64,000 nt of DNA from Promethearchaeota archaeon (GTDB lineage Archaea; Asgardarchaeota; Lokiarchaeia; Sigyniarchaeales; SOKP01). The stretch spans positions 104,327-168,326 of the forward strand of contig JAEOTA010000054.1 of assembly GCA_016840085.1 (NCBI GenBank), given 5' to 3'. The notes below the pieces were generated by a model that saw only the letters and a program-made list of their open reading frames with translations, did no database searches and was not told where the DNA came from. Shown one piece after another: positions 18,061 through 28,049 of this stretch. Each line of letters opens with the position of its first letter. Position 1 is the first letter of the stretch. A program made the translations under genes and the position numbers.

Positions 18061-20508
18061 ATGAAAAAAAAAATTAAATTATTTTTAATTCCCTTAGTCT
18101 TTTTTCTAATCATTTTAGTAGCATTAGGAGGAAATATTCGTCACCCATTTGGACTGCAACCTAAAATTGCAGCTCCTGGCGATGTATGGTTTGGTACTGT
18201 GACTGATAAGGAGGTAGGAGATATTTTTGAAACGGATATCTATGTTGACACCGGAAATCAAAAAATTGCTGCATATGGAATTGATATCACCTACAATCAG
18301 AATGTAATAGTAGTTGAAACTTCGATTGGCACTTCAGGGGTTGAAGCAGGTGCTGACGGATTTGTTACAGCAGTAGATGCGAATACTCCGGGGGTGATTA
18401 CCATACTGGGATTTGATGTGGTGGGTACAGGACCAGGTTCTCAATTGCATCTTCTTAGAATCTGGTGGGAAGCAATAGCATTAGGTACAAGTCCTTTAGA
18501 TATCAGTATTGATGCTCTAGTTGATGAAAATAATATAGATATAGGTACACCAACAGGTATAGATGGAAGCGTAGAAGTAGTTGAGGATGTGACAATTGGC
18601 AATGTATGGTTTGGTACTGTGACTGATAAGGAGGTAGGAAATATTTTTGAAACGGCTCTCTATGTTGACACTGGCATTCAATTATTAGCCTGGTATTCAA
18701 TTTATATCGCCTACAATCAGAATGTAATAATAGTTGATACCTCGGTAGGTAATAATGGAGTTGAGGTAGGTGCTGATGGATTTGTTACAGATGTAAATGT
18801 AGATACTCCAGGGGTGATTGAAATATGGGGAATTGATCCCGTGGGTAGAGGACCAGGTTCTCAATTGCATCTTCTTAATATCACGTGGATAGCAGTAGCA
18901 GTAGGTACTAGCCCTTTAGATATCATTATTGATACTCTAGTTGATATTTACGGTTATGTAATAGGTACACCAACAGATATAGATGGAAGCGTAGTAGTAG
19001 TTGAGGATGTGACAATTGGCGATGTATGGATAGGTTCTGTTCCAACTAAGGATGTAGGAGCTATTTTTGAAACACAAATCTACGTTAACACAGGAAGTCA
19101 AAAAATAGCTGCTTATGGAATTGATATTGCCTACAATCAGAATGTAATAGTAGTTGATACTTCTGTAGGAAATAATGGGGTTGAAGCAGGTGCTGATGGA
19201 TTTGTTTCAGCAGTAGATGTCAATACTCCTGGAGTAATTATTATAAGTGGATTTGATCTGGCGGGTACAGGACCAGGTTCTCAACTGCATCTTCTTAATA
19301 TCACGTGGATAGCAGTAGCCGTAGGTACTAGTTTTTTAGATATCACTGTTGATGCTCTATTGGACCCAGATACTAATGTAATAGGCACACCAACAGGTAT
19401 AGATGGAAGCGTGGTAGTTGAAGATTTGACAATTGGCGATGTATGGGTAGGTTCTGTGCCAACTAAGGATGTAGGAGATATTTTTGAAACGCAAATCTAT
19501 GTTGACACAGGAACACAAGAAATAGCCACATATGGAATTGATATCGGTTACAATCAGAATGTAATAGTAGTTGATACTTCTGTAGGAAATAATGGGATTG
19601 AAGCAGGTGCTGATGGATTTGTATCAACTGTAGATGTCAATACTCCTGGGATGATTAGTATAAGTGGATTTGATGCGACGCGTACAGGACCAGGTTCTCA
19701 ATTGCATCTTCTTAATATCACGTGGATAGCAGTAGCGGTAGGTACTAGTCCTTTAGATATCACTGTTGATGCTCTAATGGATCCAGATACTAATGTAATA
19801 GGCAACCCAACAGGTATAGACGGAAGTATATATATAACAGAACATATTGCTCCTCTGATAACAATTAATGTTCCTTCTAACAACACATATCATAGTAAAC
19901 CACCTACAATTCAAGTAATTATATATGATTTAAGCGAAATAAATACAACCTGGTACACCGTCCCTGGATGCGGTGAAAGTAAAACTTTTAGTGGCAGTTC
20001 TATCGATTTTGATGTTAATCTGTGGAATGATCAAGAAGAAGGTTTAGTTTTAATCAGGATATTTGCTAACGATTCAATAGGAAATCTAGGTCAAACCGAT
20101 TTAATAATAATAAAAGATGCTTTTAAACCATCCATTAGAGTCACTTCTCCATTAGATGGAGATGTATTTGGAGAAGATGCTCCTGAATTTAATATAACTG
20201 TTTCAGATTTACATCTTGATATCCTCTATTATACAATTAATGATTCAGCCATCAAATATTTTGTCTCTTTTACATCCGGAACAAATCTTATTGCCATTAA
20301 CGAGTCAGTATGGGACGCACTTCCAGAAGGTCAGGTATTAATCAGATTCTTCATAAATGATACCGCAGGTAACATAAATGACGTTGGTGTGGTCTTAAAG
20401 AAACAAATTCCTTCAAGAGCTCCAGCCATCCCCGGATATAATATATTTATATTTCTATTTATTGGAACAACAGCTATAATAATATTATTTTTTCGAAAAA
20501 GGAAATAA
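18061..20508 (+). CDS. Surface protein with four cohesin-like domains, two Ig-like domains and IPGY-TM-basic sorting signal
   Basis: Signal peptide; 4 repeats GDIFETxIYVDTG...AYGIDIxYNQNVI...GSQLHLLxIxWxA...GTSPLDI...DGSV; C-terminal IPGYNIFIFL...RKRK. Confidence 0.8.
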   Translation: MKKKIKLFLIPLVFFLIILVALGGNIRHPFGLQPKIAAPGDVWFGTVTDKEVGDIFETDIYVDTGNQKIAAYGIDITYNQNVIVVETSIGTSGVEAGADGFVTAVDANTPGVITILGFDVVGTGPGSQLHLLRIWWEAIALGTSPLDISIDALVDENNIDIGTPTGIDGSVEVVEDVTIGNVWFGTVTDKEVGNIFETALYVDTGIQLLAWYSIYIAYNQNVIIVDTSVGNNGVEVGADGFVTDVNVDTPGVIEIWGIDPVGRGPGSQLHLLNITWIAVAVGTSPLDIIIDTLVDIYGYVIGTPTDIDGSVVVVEDVTIGDVWIGSVPTKDVGAIFETQIYVNTGSQKIAAYGIDIAYNQNVIVVDTSVGNNGVEAGADGFVSAVDVNTPGVIIISGFDLAGTGPGSQLHLLNITWIAVAVGTSFLDITVDALLDPDTNVIGTPTGIDGSVVVEDLTIGDVWVGSVPTKDVGDIFETQIYVDTGTQEIATYGIDIGYNQNVIVVDTSVGNNGIEAGADGFVSTVDVNTPGMISISGFDATRTGPGSQLHLLNITWIAVAVGTSPLDITVDALMDPDTNVIGNPTGIDGSIYITEHIAPLITINVPSNNTYHSKPPTIQVIIYDLSEINTTWYTVPGCGESKTFSGSSIDFDVNLWNDQEEGLVLIRIFANDSIGNLGQTDLIIIKDAFKPSIRVTSPLDGDVFGEDAPEFNITVSDLHLDILYYTINDSAIKYFVSFTSGTNLIAINESVWDALPEGQVLIRFFINDTAGNINDVGVVLKKQIPSRAPAIPGYNIFIFLFIGTTAIIILFFRKRK
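18178..19835 (+). repeat. Four intragenic direct repeats of about 420 nt (cohesin-like modules)
   Basis: Units start near 18178, 18598, 19018 and 19435 and share near-identical DNA blocks such as GGACCAGGTTCTCAAYTGCATCTTCTT. Confidence 0.9.
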
Positions 20509-20727
20509 CATAAGAATTAAAAAATTCTTTTCAAATTTAGAGTTCTGGAATACTATTATTTTGTGTGGGCCTAGGTATATCCCCTGACAAAATATATAAA
20601 TCCAAATTTAAGAAAAGAGATGCTTCTTAATAAAAAAACTTCCTTTAAAGTGCAAGTAGTTTTTATATATTAGTACCAAATTTTTTATGAGTATCCTTAT
20701 AATTAAAAGCGTGTAAGAAGATAAGAA

Positions 20728-21027
20728 ATGATGGAAAAAACGACAAAAACGGAAATACCTAGCCCTTTAGATGATGAAAAGATTAATTTGATATGTAATA
20801 AAGAAAAAGTAGCTAATAAAATTGAAAGTTTATGGAGTAATAGATCCGCTCATGAACGAAATAATAAATTTGGAACTAAACGATTAATAATCAAGCTAGA
20901 GACTTCAGGCATAGAGAAAAAAAGGATTTCATTAAAATTGGAAAGTACTAATTCGGATGTGAATTCTAATAATTATCATCTTCTTTCTGAACTTTTAAAA
21001 GAATTTTTTAAAGTTAATCAAGACTAA
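20728..21027 (+). CDS. Hypothetical protein
   Basis: 99-aa ORF with a downstream T-tract; no motif recognised. Confidence 0.55.
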   Translation: MMEKTTKTEIPSPLDDEKINLICNKEKVANKIESLWSNRSAHERNNKFGTKRLIIKLETSGIEKKRISLKLESTNSDVNSNNYHLLSELLKEFFKVNQD

Positions 21028-21147
21028 TAAAAAATTTATTTTTTTCTGATATTATCATAATTCATAGGTAAGTCCTATAAGAGAAAAATATATTATTTTA
21101 AGACTCTTATTTTTTCATTAATCTAAATATAAAATTAATATAATCTG

Positions 21148-22221
21148 ATGAGTTATAAAATGAATTTTGATGACATTAAAAATTTACTTGGATCTGAAGC
21201 TGATAGTCTTTTAAATCACACTTGCACAGGAATTCCAAATAAGATGATACATATTCCAGGACCAGATTTCATTGAAAGAGTTATGGAGCATAGCGATCGG
21301 AATAATTTAGTTCTAAACAACATGAATAGATTATTTAATCAACGAGGTCGATTAGCAGGAACGGGTTACCTTTCAGTATTGCCTGTAGATCAAGGCATTG
21401 AACATACAGCATCCGCTAGTTTTGCTGTAAACCCGTTATATTTTGATCCTGAAAATATTGTCAAATTAGCTATTGATGGAGGGTGTAATGCATTTGTGTC
21501 TACATTAGGAGTGTTAGGCTCTATTTCACGGAGATATGCGAGAAAAATACCATTTATTGTAAAAATAAATCATAATGAATTATTAACTAAACCAGCTCTT
21601 TCAGACCAAACTTTGTTTGCGAATGTAGACCAAGCATGGTTAATGGGTGCTGCGGGGGTAGGCGCAACTATATATTTTGGGTCTAAAGAATCTAGACGGC
21701 AGATTCAAGAAATAAGTGAATCTTTTAGATATGCTCACGAGTTAGGACTAGTTTGCGTTCTTTGGTGTTATTTAAGAAATAAAGAAGAATTTATCAAAGA
21801 AGGAAAGGACTATCATACAGCTTGTGATCTAGAAAGTCAAGCAAACCACCTTGGAGTAACTATTGAGGCGGATATAATTAAACAAAAAATTGCCACTTTA
21901 AATAGAGGATTTCTTGATTTAAACTTTGGTAAGACGGATAAATTAGTTTATGACAAATTGGCACCAGATAATGCAATTGATTGGAATAGATATCAAGTTG
22001 CAAACTGTTATATGGGAAGAATAGGACTTATTAATTCTGGAGGGGAGTCTGGCGGGAATGACCTGCAGGATGCGGTCAAAGCAGCAGTTATTAATAAGCG
22101 TTCAGGCGGAACGGGTTTAATTTTAGGAAGAAAGGCATTTAAAAAACCTACTCTCAAAGGAATTGAAATTTTAAATGCTGTCCAAGATGTTTATTTATGT
22201 AAGGAAATTACGATTGCATGA
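21148..22221 (+). CDS. fbaB: Class I fructose-bisphosphate aldolase (DhnA/FbaB type)
   Basis: [51 protein letters not shown]. Confidence 0.95.
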   Translation: MSYKMNFDDIKNLLGSEADSLLNHTCTGIPNKMIHIPGPDFIERVMEHSDRNNLVLNNMNRLFNQRGRLAGTGYLSVLPVDQGIEHTASASFAVNPLYFDPENIVKLAIDGGCNAFVSTLGVLGSISRRYARKIPFIVKINHNELLTKPALSDQTLFANVDQAWLMGAAGVGATIYFGSKESRRQIQEISESFRYAHELGLVCVLWCYLRNKEEFIKEGKDYHTACDLESQANHLGVTIEADIIKQKIATLNRGFLDLNFGKTDKLVYDKLAPDNAIDWNRYQVANCYMGRIGLINSGGESGGNDLQDAVKAAVINKRSGGTGLILGRKAFKKPTLKGIEILNAVQDVYLCKEITIA

Positions 22222-22327
22222 ATAAATTTTATTATCTTTTTTTTCTTTTTTTTATCACAAGTAAATTATATTTAAAAATATTAAATTCATTATTCAACTA
22301 AACAAATAATTATCTCTAACATTTATT

Positions 22328-22891
22328 ATGGGAAAAGATAAAAAATTAAGACCGGATCCTAATCTTAATCCTTATAGAGTAAAACAAGGAACTCCCCCTC
22401 CAACAAAAGGTTTTATTGATTTTAATACTCAAAGAGTATGTCCTAGCTGCGGTAAAGCAATCAAGATGTCCTATAATTTCTGTAAATATTGTGGAGTCGA
22501 TTTGAGCGCAATAGAACCTATTGGTATGGATGAAATCTCAAAACAGTTGGCAATTACAGCAGTAACCGATCCTAGTCCTGAAGTTAGAAAAGAAGCTGTT
22601 GATACATTAGGAGATTTTGGAGATAATAGAGTATTAGGTGTGTTAACATATGTTATGCTAAATGATCCTGATGAAAATGTTAGAATGGAAGCTACTGATG
22701 AATTAGGTGATCTTCATCACCCGTATAGTATGGATGCCTTAGCTAAAGCCTTAAAAGATGAAAGTCCACTTGTAAGAAAAGAAGCTATCGAGGGATTAAA
22801 AAAGATTAAAAAAAAGACCAAACCCAAAGAAGAAATCAAGGGTAAACCTGAAGAAAGGGGAGAAGAAAAAGAAAATAAGACTGAATTCTAA
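22328..22891 (+). CDS. Zinc-ribbon + HEAT (PBS-lyase-like) repeat protein
   Basis: CPSCG...FCKYCG; repeats DPSPEVRKEAVDTLG, DPDENVRMEATDELG, DESPLVRKEAIEGL. Confidence 0.85.
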   Translation: MGKDKKLRPDPNLNPYRVKQGTPPPTKGFIDFNTQRVCPSCGKAIKMSYNFCKYCGVDLSAIEPIGMDEISKQLAITAVTDPSPEVRKEAVDTLGDFGDNRVLGVLTYVMLNDPDENVRMEATDELGDLHHPYSMDALAKALKDESPLVRKEAIEGLKKIKKKTKPKEEIKGKPEERGEEKENKTEF

Positions 22892-22937
22892 ATTTCATAT
22901 AATTTTTTATTTTAGGAAATAATTATTTCCTAGATTT

Positions 22938-23972
22938 CTAGTCTTCTTTACTAGGAATCTTAGGTAATTGTCTTCTATTTGTACTTTTAGGTTTTGTCTC
23001 TCTTCTTTCAGGCTTTTTTTCTTCTGTCTTCATTGAAGCAGGCTTGGGTGGCATTGGTGTCATTGAAGGCTTCTTTTTTGGAGCTGGTTTCGATGTTGCT
23101 GGTTTTTTCTTAGGAGCTGGTTTTATTGTTGGTGTTTTTTCCTTTTCTAATACTTCTAAAGCCTCAACGATTCCATTTTTCTCATCAAAATATACTCTTA
23201 GAATGTGATTATCTAATTCCATTATGTTTTTTGGAACTTTTTTAACGGATTCCCATTCAGTCTCTTCTATATCTTCTCCAAAGACTTTAGCACTTTTAGA
23301 GATAGCCGCAAAAAGTGTATGACCTAAAATTAAATTTAATCGCTTTAAATTTTCAGGAACCTCTGTTTTTAGAATTTTTTCTTTGATTTTTTCTTGCCGT
23401 TCCTCTGATAAGCCTACTGAGGACATAGCCATCTGAAGTTTTTGATATTGTGTTCTAGCCTTCGGAGTAAGTCCACCTGTAGTAAAAGATGACATTACCA
23501 CTTTTTCACCTGTATCTTGTAGTGCGGGGGAGAAATATTCCTCTTTACTTTGTTTTTGATCTCTTGCAATGATGGTAGATTTCGACACTACTCCTCTATC
23601 ACGGTCAATATTACGTACATATCTCATATCTTCGAGCCTCTCAGTTACTTCCATCGAATCTAGTTGAAATGCATCCAAAAACTCTACAGGTTCGTCTCCT
23701 GCATCAACTGATACTATTTTACACCGATGGTATCTTGAATCTTTCCTAAGATCTTCTTGAAGAGCTTGTGCAACTCTGGAACTAATAAATCTTTTACGAA
23801 CAGGACTTTTTCCGCCTTTCCAAATAAAAATTCGTCTTAAGTCTTCTCGGACTATTACAAGAACTTGTTCAGGGTGTAAATTAGATTCAAGCTCATCTTG
23901 AGGTATATTTAATTCTCTCTTTTCACCAGAGTTATCCAATTCATAGACCATGAAGGTTTCAATTTCAGTCAT
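22938..23972 (-). CDS. Single gelsolin-domain protein with long C-terminal extension
   Basis: LHPEQVLVIV...RIFIWKGGKSPVRKRF...VDAGDEPVEFLDAF resembles a gelsolin repeat; Pro/Lys-rich tail. Confidence 0.75.
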   Translation of the reverse strand: MTEIETFMVYELDNSGEKRELNIPQDELESNLHPEQVLVIVREDLRRIFIWKGGKSPVRKRFISSRVAQALQEDLRKDSRYHRCKIVSVDAGDEPVEFLDAFQLDSMEVTERLEDMRYVRNIDRDRGVVSKSTIIARDQKQSKEEYFSPALQDTGEKVVMSSFTTGGLTPKARTQYQKLQMAMSSVGLSEERQEKIKEKILKTEVPENLKRLNLILGHTLFAAISKSAKVFGEDIEETEWESVKKVPKNIMELDNHILRVYFDEKNGIVEALEVLEKEKTPTIKPAPKKKPATSKPAPKKKPSMTPMPPKPASMKTEEKKPERRETKPKSTNRRQLPKIPSKED

Positions 23973-24229
23973 TTTTATAAAATGAAAATATTAATCAAAC
24001 AATATAAATTCTTTAAGAAATAAATTTAAATTTTTATAAAATAACTCGAATTTTCTTTTCAAACATTCTTTTTTAAAGAAAATATTAAATTACATTAATA
24101 AAAATATTTTGGAAAATAAAATTTAAAAAAATAATTAGAAATAATGCTTATTTCAATTAATGAAATAATTTATTTCAATCCATCAATTTATTTATAAGTT
24201 TCCTAAATGTTTCTTAATGATTCAATTAA

Positions 24230-24952
24230 TTAGCGATCATGAAGAACGTTATCTATTGAAAGAACAAAACCTAAAAGAATTCTCCTGTCTGTTACATTAT
24301 CAAGTATTCGTAAAGCGTAAGTATCTTTAAAATCGAACAACCCACCAAGAAACATATCTCTCCATCTATCTGCTTTTTCTATTTCAGCAACAACATTTCC
24401 AGTTGTTACATCATATACTTTGAAACTAAAACCCATAAATTTACCTTGAGCCCTAAACCATTGATTCCCTTCAGGATCTTCAAGATAAAATACAGGTCTG
24501 AATAATGACAGGATTTTTTTCTTAATTCTGGCTATCATTTGTCCATCTGGTGTTTTCAAATCTTGCGCTCCTCGGGCTGATATGATTTTAGAGTGAATTG
24601 TAGCTACAACGGTGCCGTCAAGTTCTCGTAATTCAACTCTACGCCTAATACTTAAGATAATTCGTTTCATTCTTCCAATCGGTTGGTTTTTCTCGTCTAA
24701 AATGTCACCGGAGCCCCAGTCCCAATATTTTTCTTTTAATATGTAGTAGTTCCGGTTAATATCGAATAAACCTCCTGATCGACTATAAGGTTCCATACCT
24801 GTCGCTGGTCCAGTTGTAGGGGCAACTGAAGCAGGTGCACTTTGTCGCGCACTAGCCGGTATCGGTGAACCACATTTCTCACAGAAGTTTTGAGATAGAT
24901 CTTTTATTTCGGCCCCACAGTTATTACAAAATCTATTTGACATTTTTTCCAC
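24230..24952 (-). CDS. Zinc-ribbon + LURP-one/scramblase (tubby C-like) domain protein
   Basis: FCNNCG...FCEKCG, Pro/Ala linker, then repeated beta strands, GKFMGFSFKV, terminal helix RRILLGFVLSID. Confidence 0.8.
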   Translation of the reverse strand: MEKMSNRFCNNCGAEIKDLSQNFCEKCGSPIPASARQSAPASVAPTTGPATGMEPYSRSGGLFDINRNYYILKEKYWDWGSGDILDEKNQPIGRMKRIILSIRRRVELRELDGTVVATIHSKIISARGAQDLKTPDGQMIARIKKKILSLFRPVFYLEDPEGNQWFRAQGKFMGFSFKVYDVTTGNVVAEIEKADRWRDMFLGGLFDFKDTYALRILDNVTDRRILLGFVLSIDNVLHDR

Positions 24953-25100
24953 CTTTCTTTTTTTAAATATTTTTATACTAAAAATGGTAACTTGTTGTTA
25001 TAAATTTTAGGATTCAAGACATTTAATTTTTTTCTCATAGAAATGTTTTAATTGAATAAGGTTTAATTAATATTAAATTAAAAATACATTTAAAAGAGAA

Positions 25101-25856
25101 ATGTCTTCAATTCCCAAGCTCCTAAAATTAAAGGATTATGTAACTCTTATAGGCACTTCACTGGGAATTATAGCTTTAGTTTGTGCTTGTATAGGCAGCC
25201 GTGAATTTTTATCCTTAGGTTTTTTTTTAATTTCAATTGCCCTCGGAGTTGACTTAATAGATGGTTATATCGCTCGTAAAACAAATACTGTAAATGAGAT
25301 TGGAAGAGAATTGGATTCATTAAGCGATTCTTTAACTTTTGGGATAACTCCCGCAATTTTAACCTTCCAAGCTTTTAAAACTGGGGGAATTATTGATATT
25401 TTTATTATTATTGGTGCAATATGTTTTGCTTTAGGAGCAATTCTGCGTTTAGCACGATTTAACATTTCTGAAGTTTCAGGATATACAGGTGTTCCAACTC
25501 CTGTCAGTGCTTTATTAATAATTGCTTATTTCTATGCTAATTACTTCTATGCATTTGCTATGGGTGATTTTCTAGAAATAGCGTCTTATTTGATACCTTT
25601 GGTAATGATTTTAATTGGATGGTTTAACATTACTACTTACATAGGTTTTGGTGAAAAAGATAAGTCTATATACTTATCTTTTATAATTCTTGCCCCTCTT
25701 TGTCCAATTTTAGGAATAATTGGCATTTTAAATCCTAATTTTCTAATTTCAATTATCGTGTCAATTTTCTTTTTATGTTCTTTTCTATTAGGGATTGCAA
25801 TTTTTATTAGAGGATTTTTTCTTCACTTTAAAAAAAAAAGGCGAAACCTAAGATAA
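25101..25856 (+). CDS. CDP-alcohol phosphatidyltransferase, PssA/archaetidylserine synthase-like
   Basis: DLIDGYIARK...GRELDSLSDSLTFGITP, LRLARFN, GVPTP. Confidence 0.88.
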   Translation: MSSIPKLLKLKDYVTLIGTSLGIIALVCACIGSREFLSLGFFLISIALGVDLIDGYIARKTNTVNEIGRELDSLSDSLTFGITPAILTFQAFKTGGIIDIFIIIGAICFALGAILRLARFNISEVSGYTGVPTPVSALLIIAYFYANYFYAFAMGDFLEIASYLIPLVMILIGWFNITTYIGFGEKDKSIYLSFIILAPLCPILGIIGILNPNFLISIIVSIFFLCSFLLGIAIFIRGFFLHFKKKRRNLR

Positions 25857-25890
25857 AATTTTAGTACCATGGCCTTGTTTTGGACTATTT

Positions 25891-27882
25891 CTATACCAAT
25901 TTTTTTTTCCAGGTTTCAATAGCTTCTATAATTTCATTTTTATCGATTTCAGCTAAAAGATCATAGACTTCCTTGTATTTATTTATGAAACTCCTTAACT
26001 TGTGTAGGGTCACGGAAAACCCACGCTTTTCTAGGACAAGATCAGCAATTTTTTGCAACTCTTTGCTAAAATCTTCTCCTTTAATATTATTTAATTTCTG
26101 AATTAAATTATTAAAAGCGTCATTTATTAATATGCCAACTTCATCTCCGGCCTTAGGAACTTTAGGTGATGTGGAGTTAATTTGTTCTTGTAGTTTTTGC
26201 GTTAGATCAGTTATTTGTTCAGCTGGTTTATGAGTATCATCAGATTTTATTTTTAGTGTATTAGAAACTATTTGACTTTGAGGTAATTTGATTTCTTCAA
26301 TTCTTTCAAATACTTGAGCTTGTGTCTTGCTAACTTTTTGTGGTTCCTTTTTAATTTCAGATGTCGGACGAGTTATTGGTTTAACTATACTTATTGTTTT
26401 TTTAGCTGTTGCAGGAGTACTTGAAATTTTGGCTTTTTGAGAAGCATAAACTGTATCACTATATGCATCTTCCCAAGTTGACTTTATAATTGAATCTAAT
26501 AAATTTATAAAGGGTTTATAATTACTTCCCATGCCTATAAAGTCATTCAACGGATTATTAGTATCATTTTGGATAATACCAATAGCTATTTGATTATTAT
26601 CCCCTTTTAAAGCTATTAAATTCTCATTTTGATTAACTCTATATGTGATATTGGCTATATCTTTAAACTTTTTGACGAGACTATTTGTATGGGGTTCTGA
26701 AGAAGCAATTCGAATTTTTAAATCTTTAGGGATATTATCAAATTGTTCTACTGCTAAATGATTTTCAAGTGTTGGAATGATGATAATGAGATTTTTTTTA
26801 GAATTAGTTATAAATTTCTGTATTTCTTCATTTATTTTTATCCTACTATTTATTACCCAAATATTATTAATTACAGGTTTATCTTTAGAACTAATATCGT
26901 GAAAATATTTTTTCATAACCTCTTCAACGGGTTTATTCAAACTAGAAATTTGATTTACAGAATCTTGAATTATTGTGTTTAAATTTTCTGCGACTTTTAT
27001 CTCAAGGTTCTTTAGGCTTGCAGAAATATCATCCTTATTCTCAGAGATCATCTCATATATATTATTCATTTTATTTTCGAAATTAGTTATCATGTTAAGT
27101 AGGATCATTTTAAAATCATTACGATACTGAAATGTTGTGTCTATTAACTCACCTAAAGGTTTTATAGACTTATCAAATTCTTTTTCTATTAATTCGTGCA
27201 AATTATTTGTAAATTTTCCAATAATTCTATCCATTTGTTCTTTAAATATGTGGTCAACAACAGATATTACTTCTTGTTTATGCTTTTTGAATTCAAGCTC
27301 ATCAAGTTTAGTAATTATATCAGTTTTAATATTGGTAATTGTTTTCAGTAAATTTGCAAATTGAGTTTGAGTAATTGATTTAATATTTTGGTGTAAATCA
27401 GATACTTCTTCTCTAACTTTAGTTAAAGCCTCCATTCCTTCAACAATATCTTCTATCTCTTGTTTCTGAATAATAATATCCTCATCAATATCTTTTCTGA
27501 ACTCTTGAAAAGCACTAACAATCGCATCTAAATTGATAGTATCATTTTGCTGAAAAATCTGATTCACTGATTTTATCATTAATTCTTGAATTAAATCTTT
27601 AATATTAGATAAGCTCGAGTCAATATTTTCATAATAATTTAATATTGGAAGAATTGGAGGAATTGCTAAATAATGTACTAGAACTTCGGGTCTTTCAGAT
27701 ACTAGTCGAATTAATAAACCTCCATTAACAAGTTGATTCAAACTTTCTTCAAATTCTTCAAGGGTTGCACTAGATACTATTGCACTTAACTCATAATATG
27801 TTAATGGAGTTTTTCCCAAAGATTTAAGATAAATTTCTATTGCATAGTTAGATAACTGAATTTTTCTTAAAAAATCCTCCAT
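25891..27882 (-). CDS. TrmB-like HTH + long coiled coil + PLD-like domain protein
   Basis: N-terminal LSNYAIEIYL...YLAIPP (TrmB HTH-like), about 250 aa helical region, ITNSKKNLIIIIP PLD-like start. Confidence 0.6.
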   Translation of the reverse strand: MEDFLRKIQLSNYAIEIYLKSLGKTPLTYYELSAIVSSATLEEFEESLNQLVNGGLLIRLVSERPEVLVHYLAIPPILPILNYYENIDSSLSNIKDLIQELMIKSVNQIFQQNDTINLDAIVSAFQEFRKDIDEDIIIQKQEIEDIVEGMEALTKVREEVSDLHQNIKSITQTQFANLLKTITNIKTDIITKLDELEFKKHKQEVISVVDHIFKEQMDRIIGKFTNNLHELIEKEFDKSIKPLGELIDTTFQYRNDFKMILLNMITNFENKMNNIYEMISENKDDISASLKNLEIKVAENLNTIIQDSVNQISSLNKPVEEVMKKYFHDISSKDKPVINNIWVINSRIKINEEIQKFITNSKKNLIIIIPTLENHLAVEQFDNIPKDLKIRIASSEPHTNSLVKKFKDIANITYRVNQNENLIALKGDNNQIAIGIIQNDTNNPLNDFIGMGSNYKPFINLLDSIIKSTWEDAYSDTVYASQKAKISSTPATAKKTISIVKPITRPTSEIKKEPQKVSKTQAQVFERIEEIKLPQSQIVSNTLKIKSDDTHKPAEQITDLTQKLQEQINSTSPKVPKAGDEVGILINDAFNNLIQKLNNIKGEDFSKELQKIADLVLEKRGFSVTLHKLRSFINKYKEVYDLLAEIDKNEIIEAIETWKKKLV

Positions 27883-28049
27883 CCACTTTCCACCAACTAG
27901 AATCTCAAATTTATGCTTGTTATATTTATGCGTATGTTATTTTTATTTGTATTTATTTATTTGTATTTCTAAAAAAAATATATAAGGAAGTTCTCTTATT
28001 ATGATTAATAATACAGTAATAGTTACTCATCGAAATTGGACAATCAGAT

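Noticed and set aside
18178-19835. CRISPR array or mobile-element repeats
   Set aside because: The repeats are ~420-nt in-frame protein modules with no spacer structure
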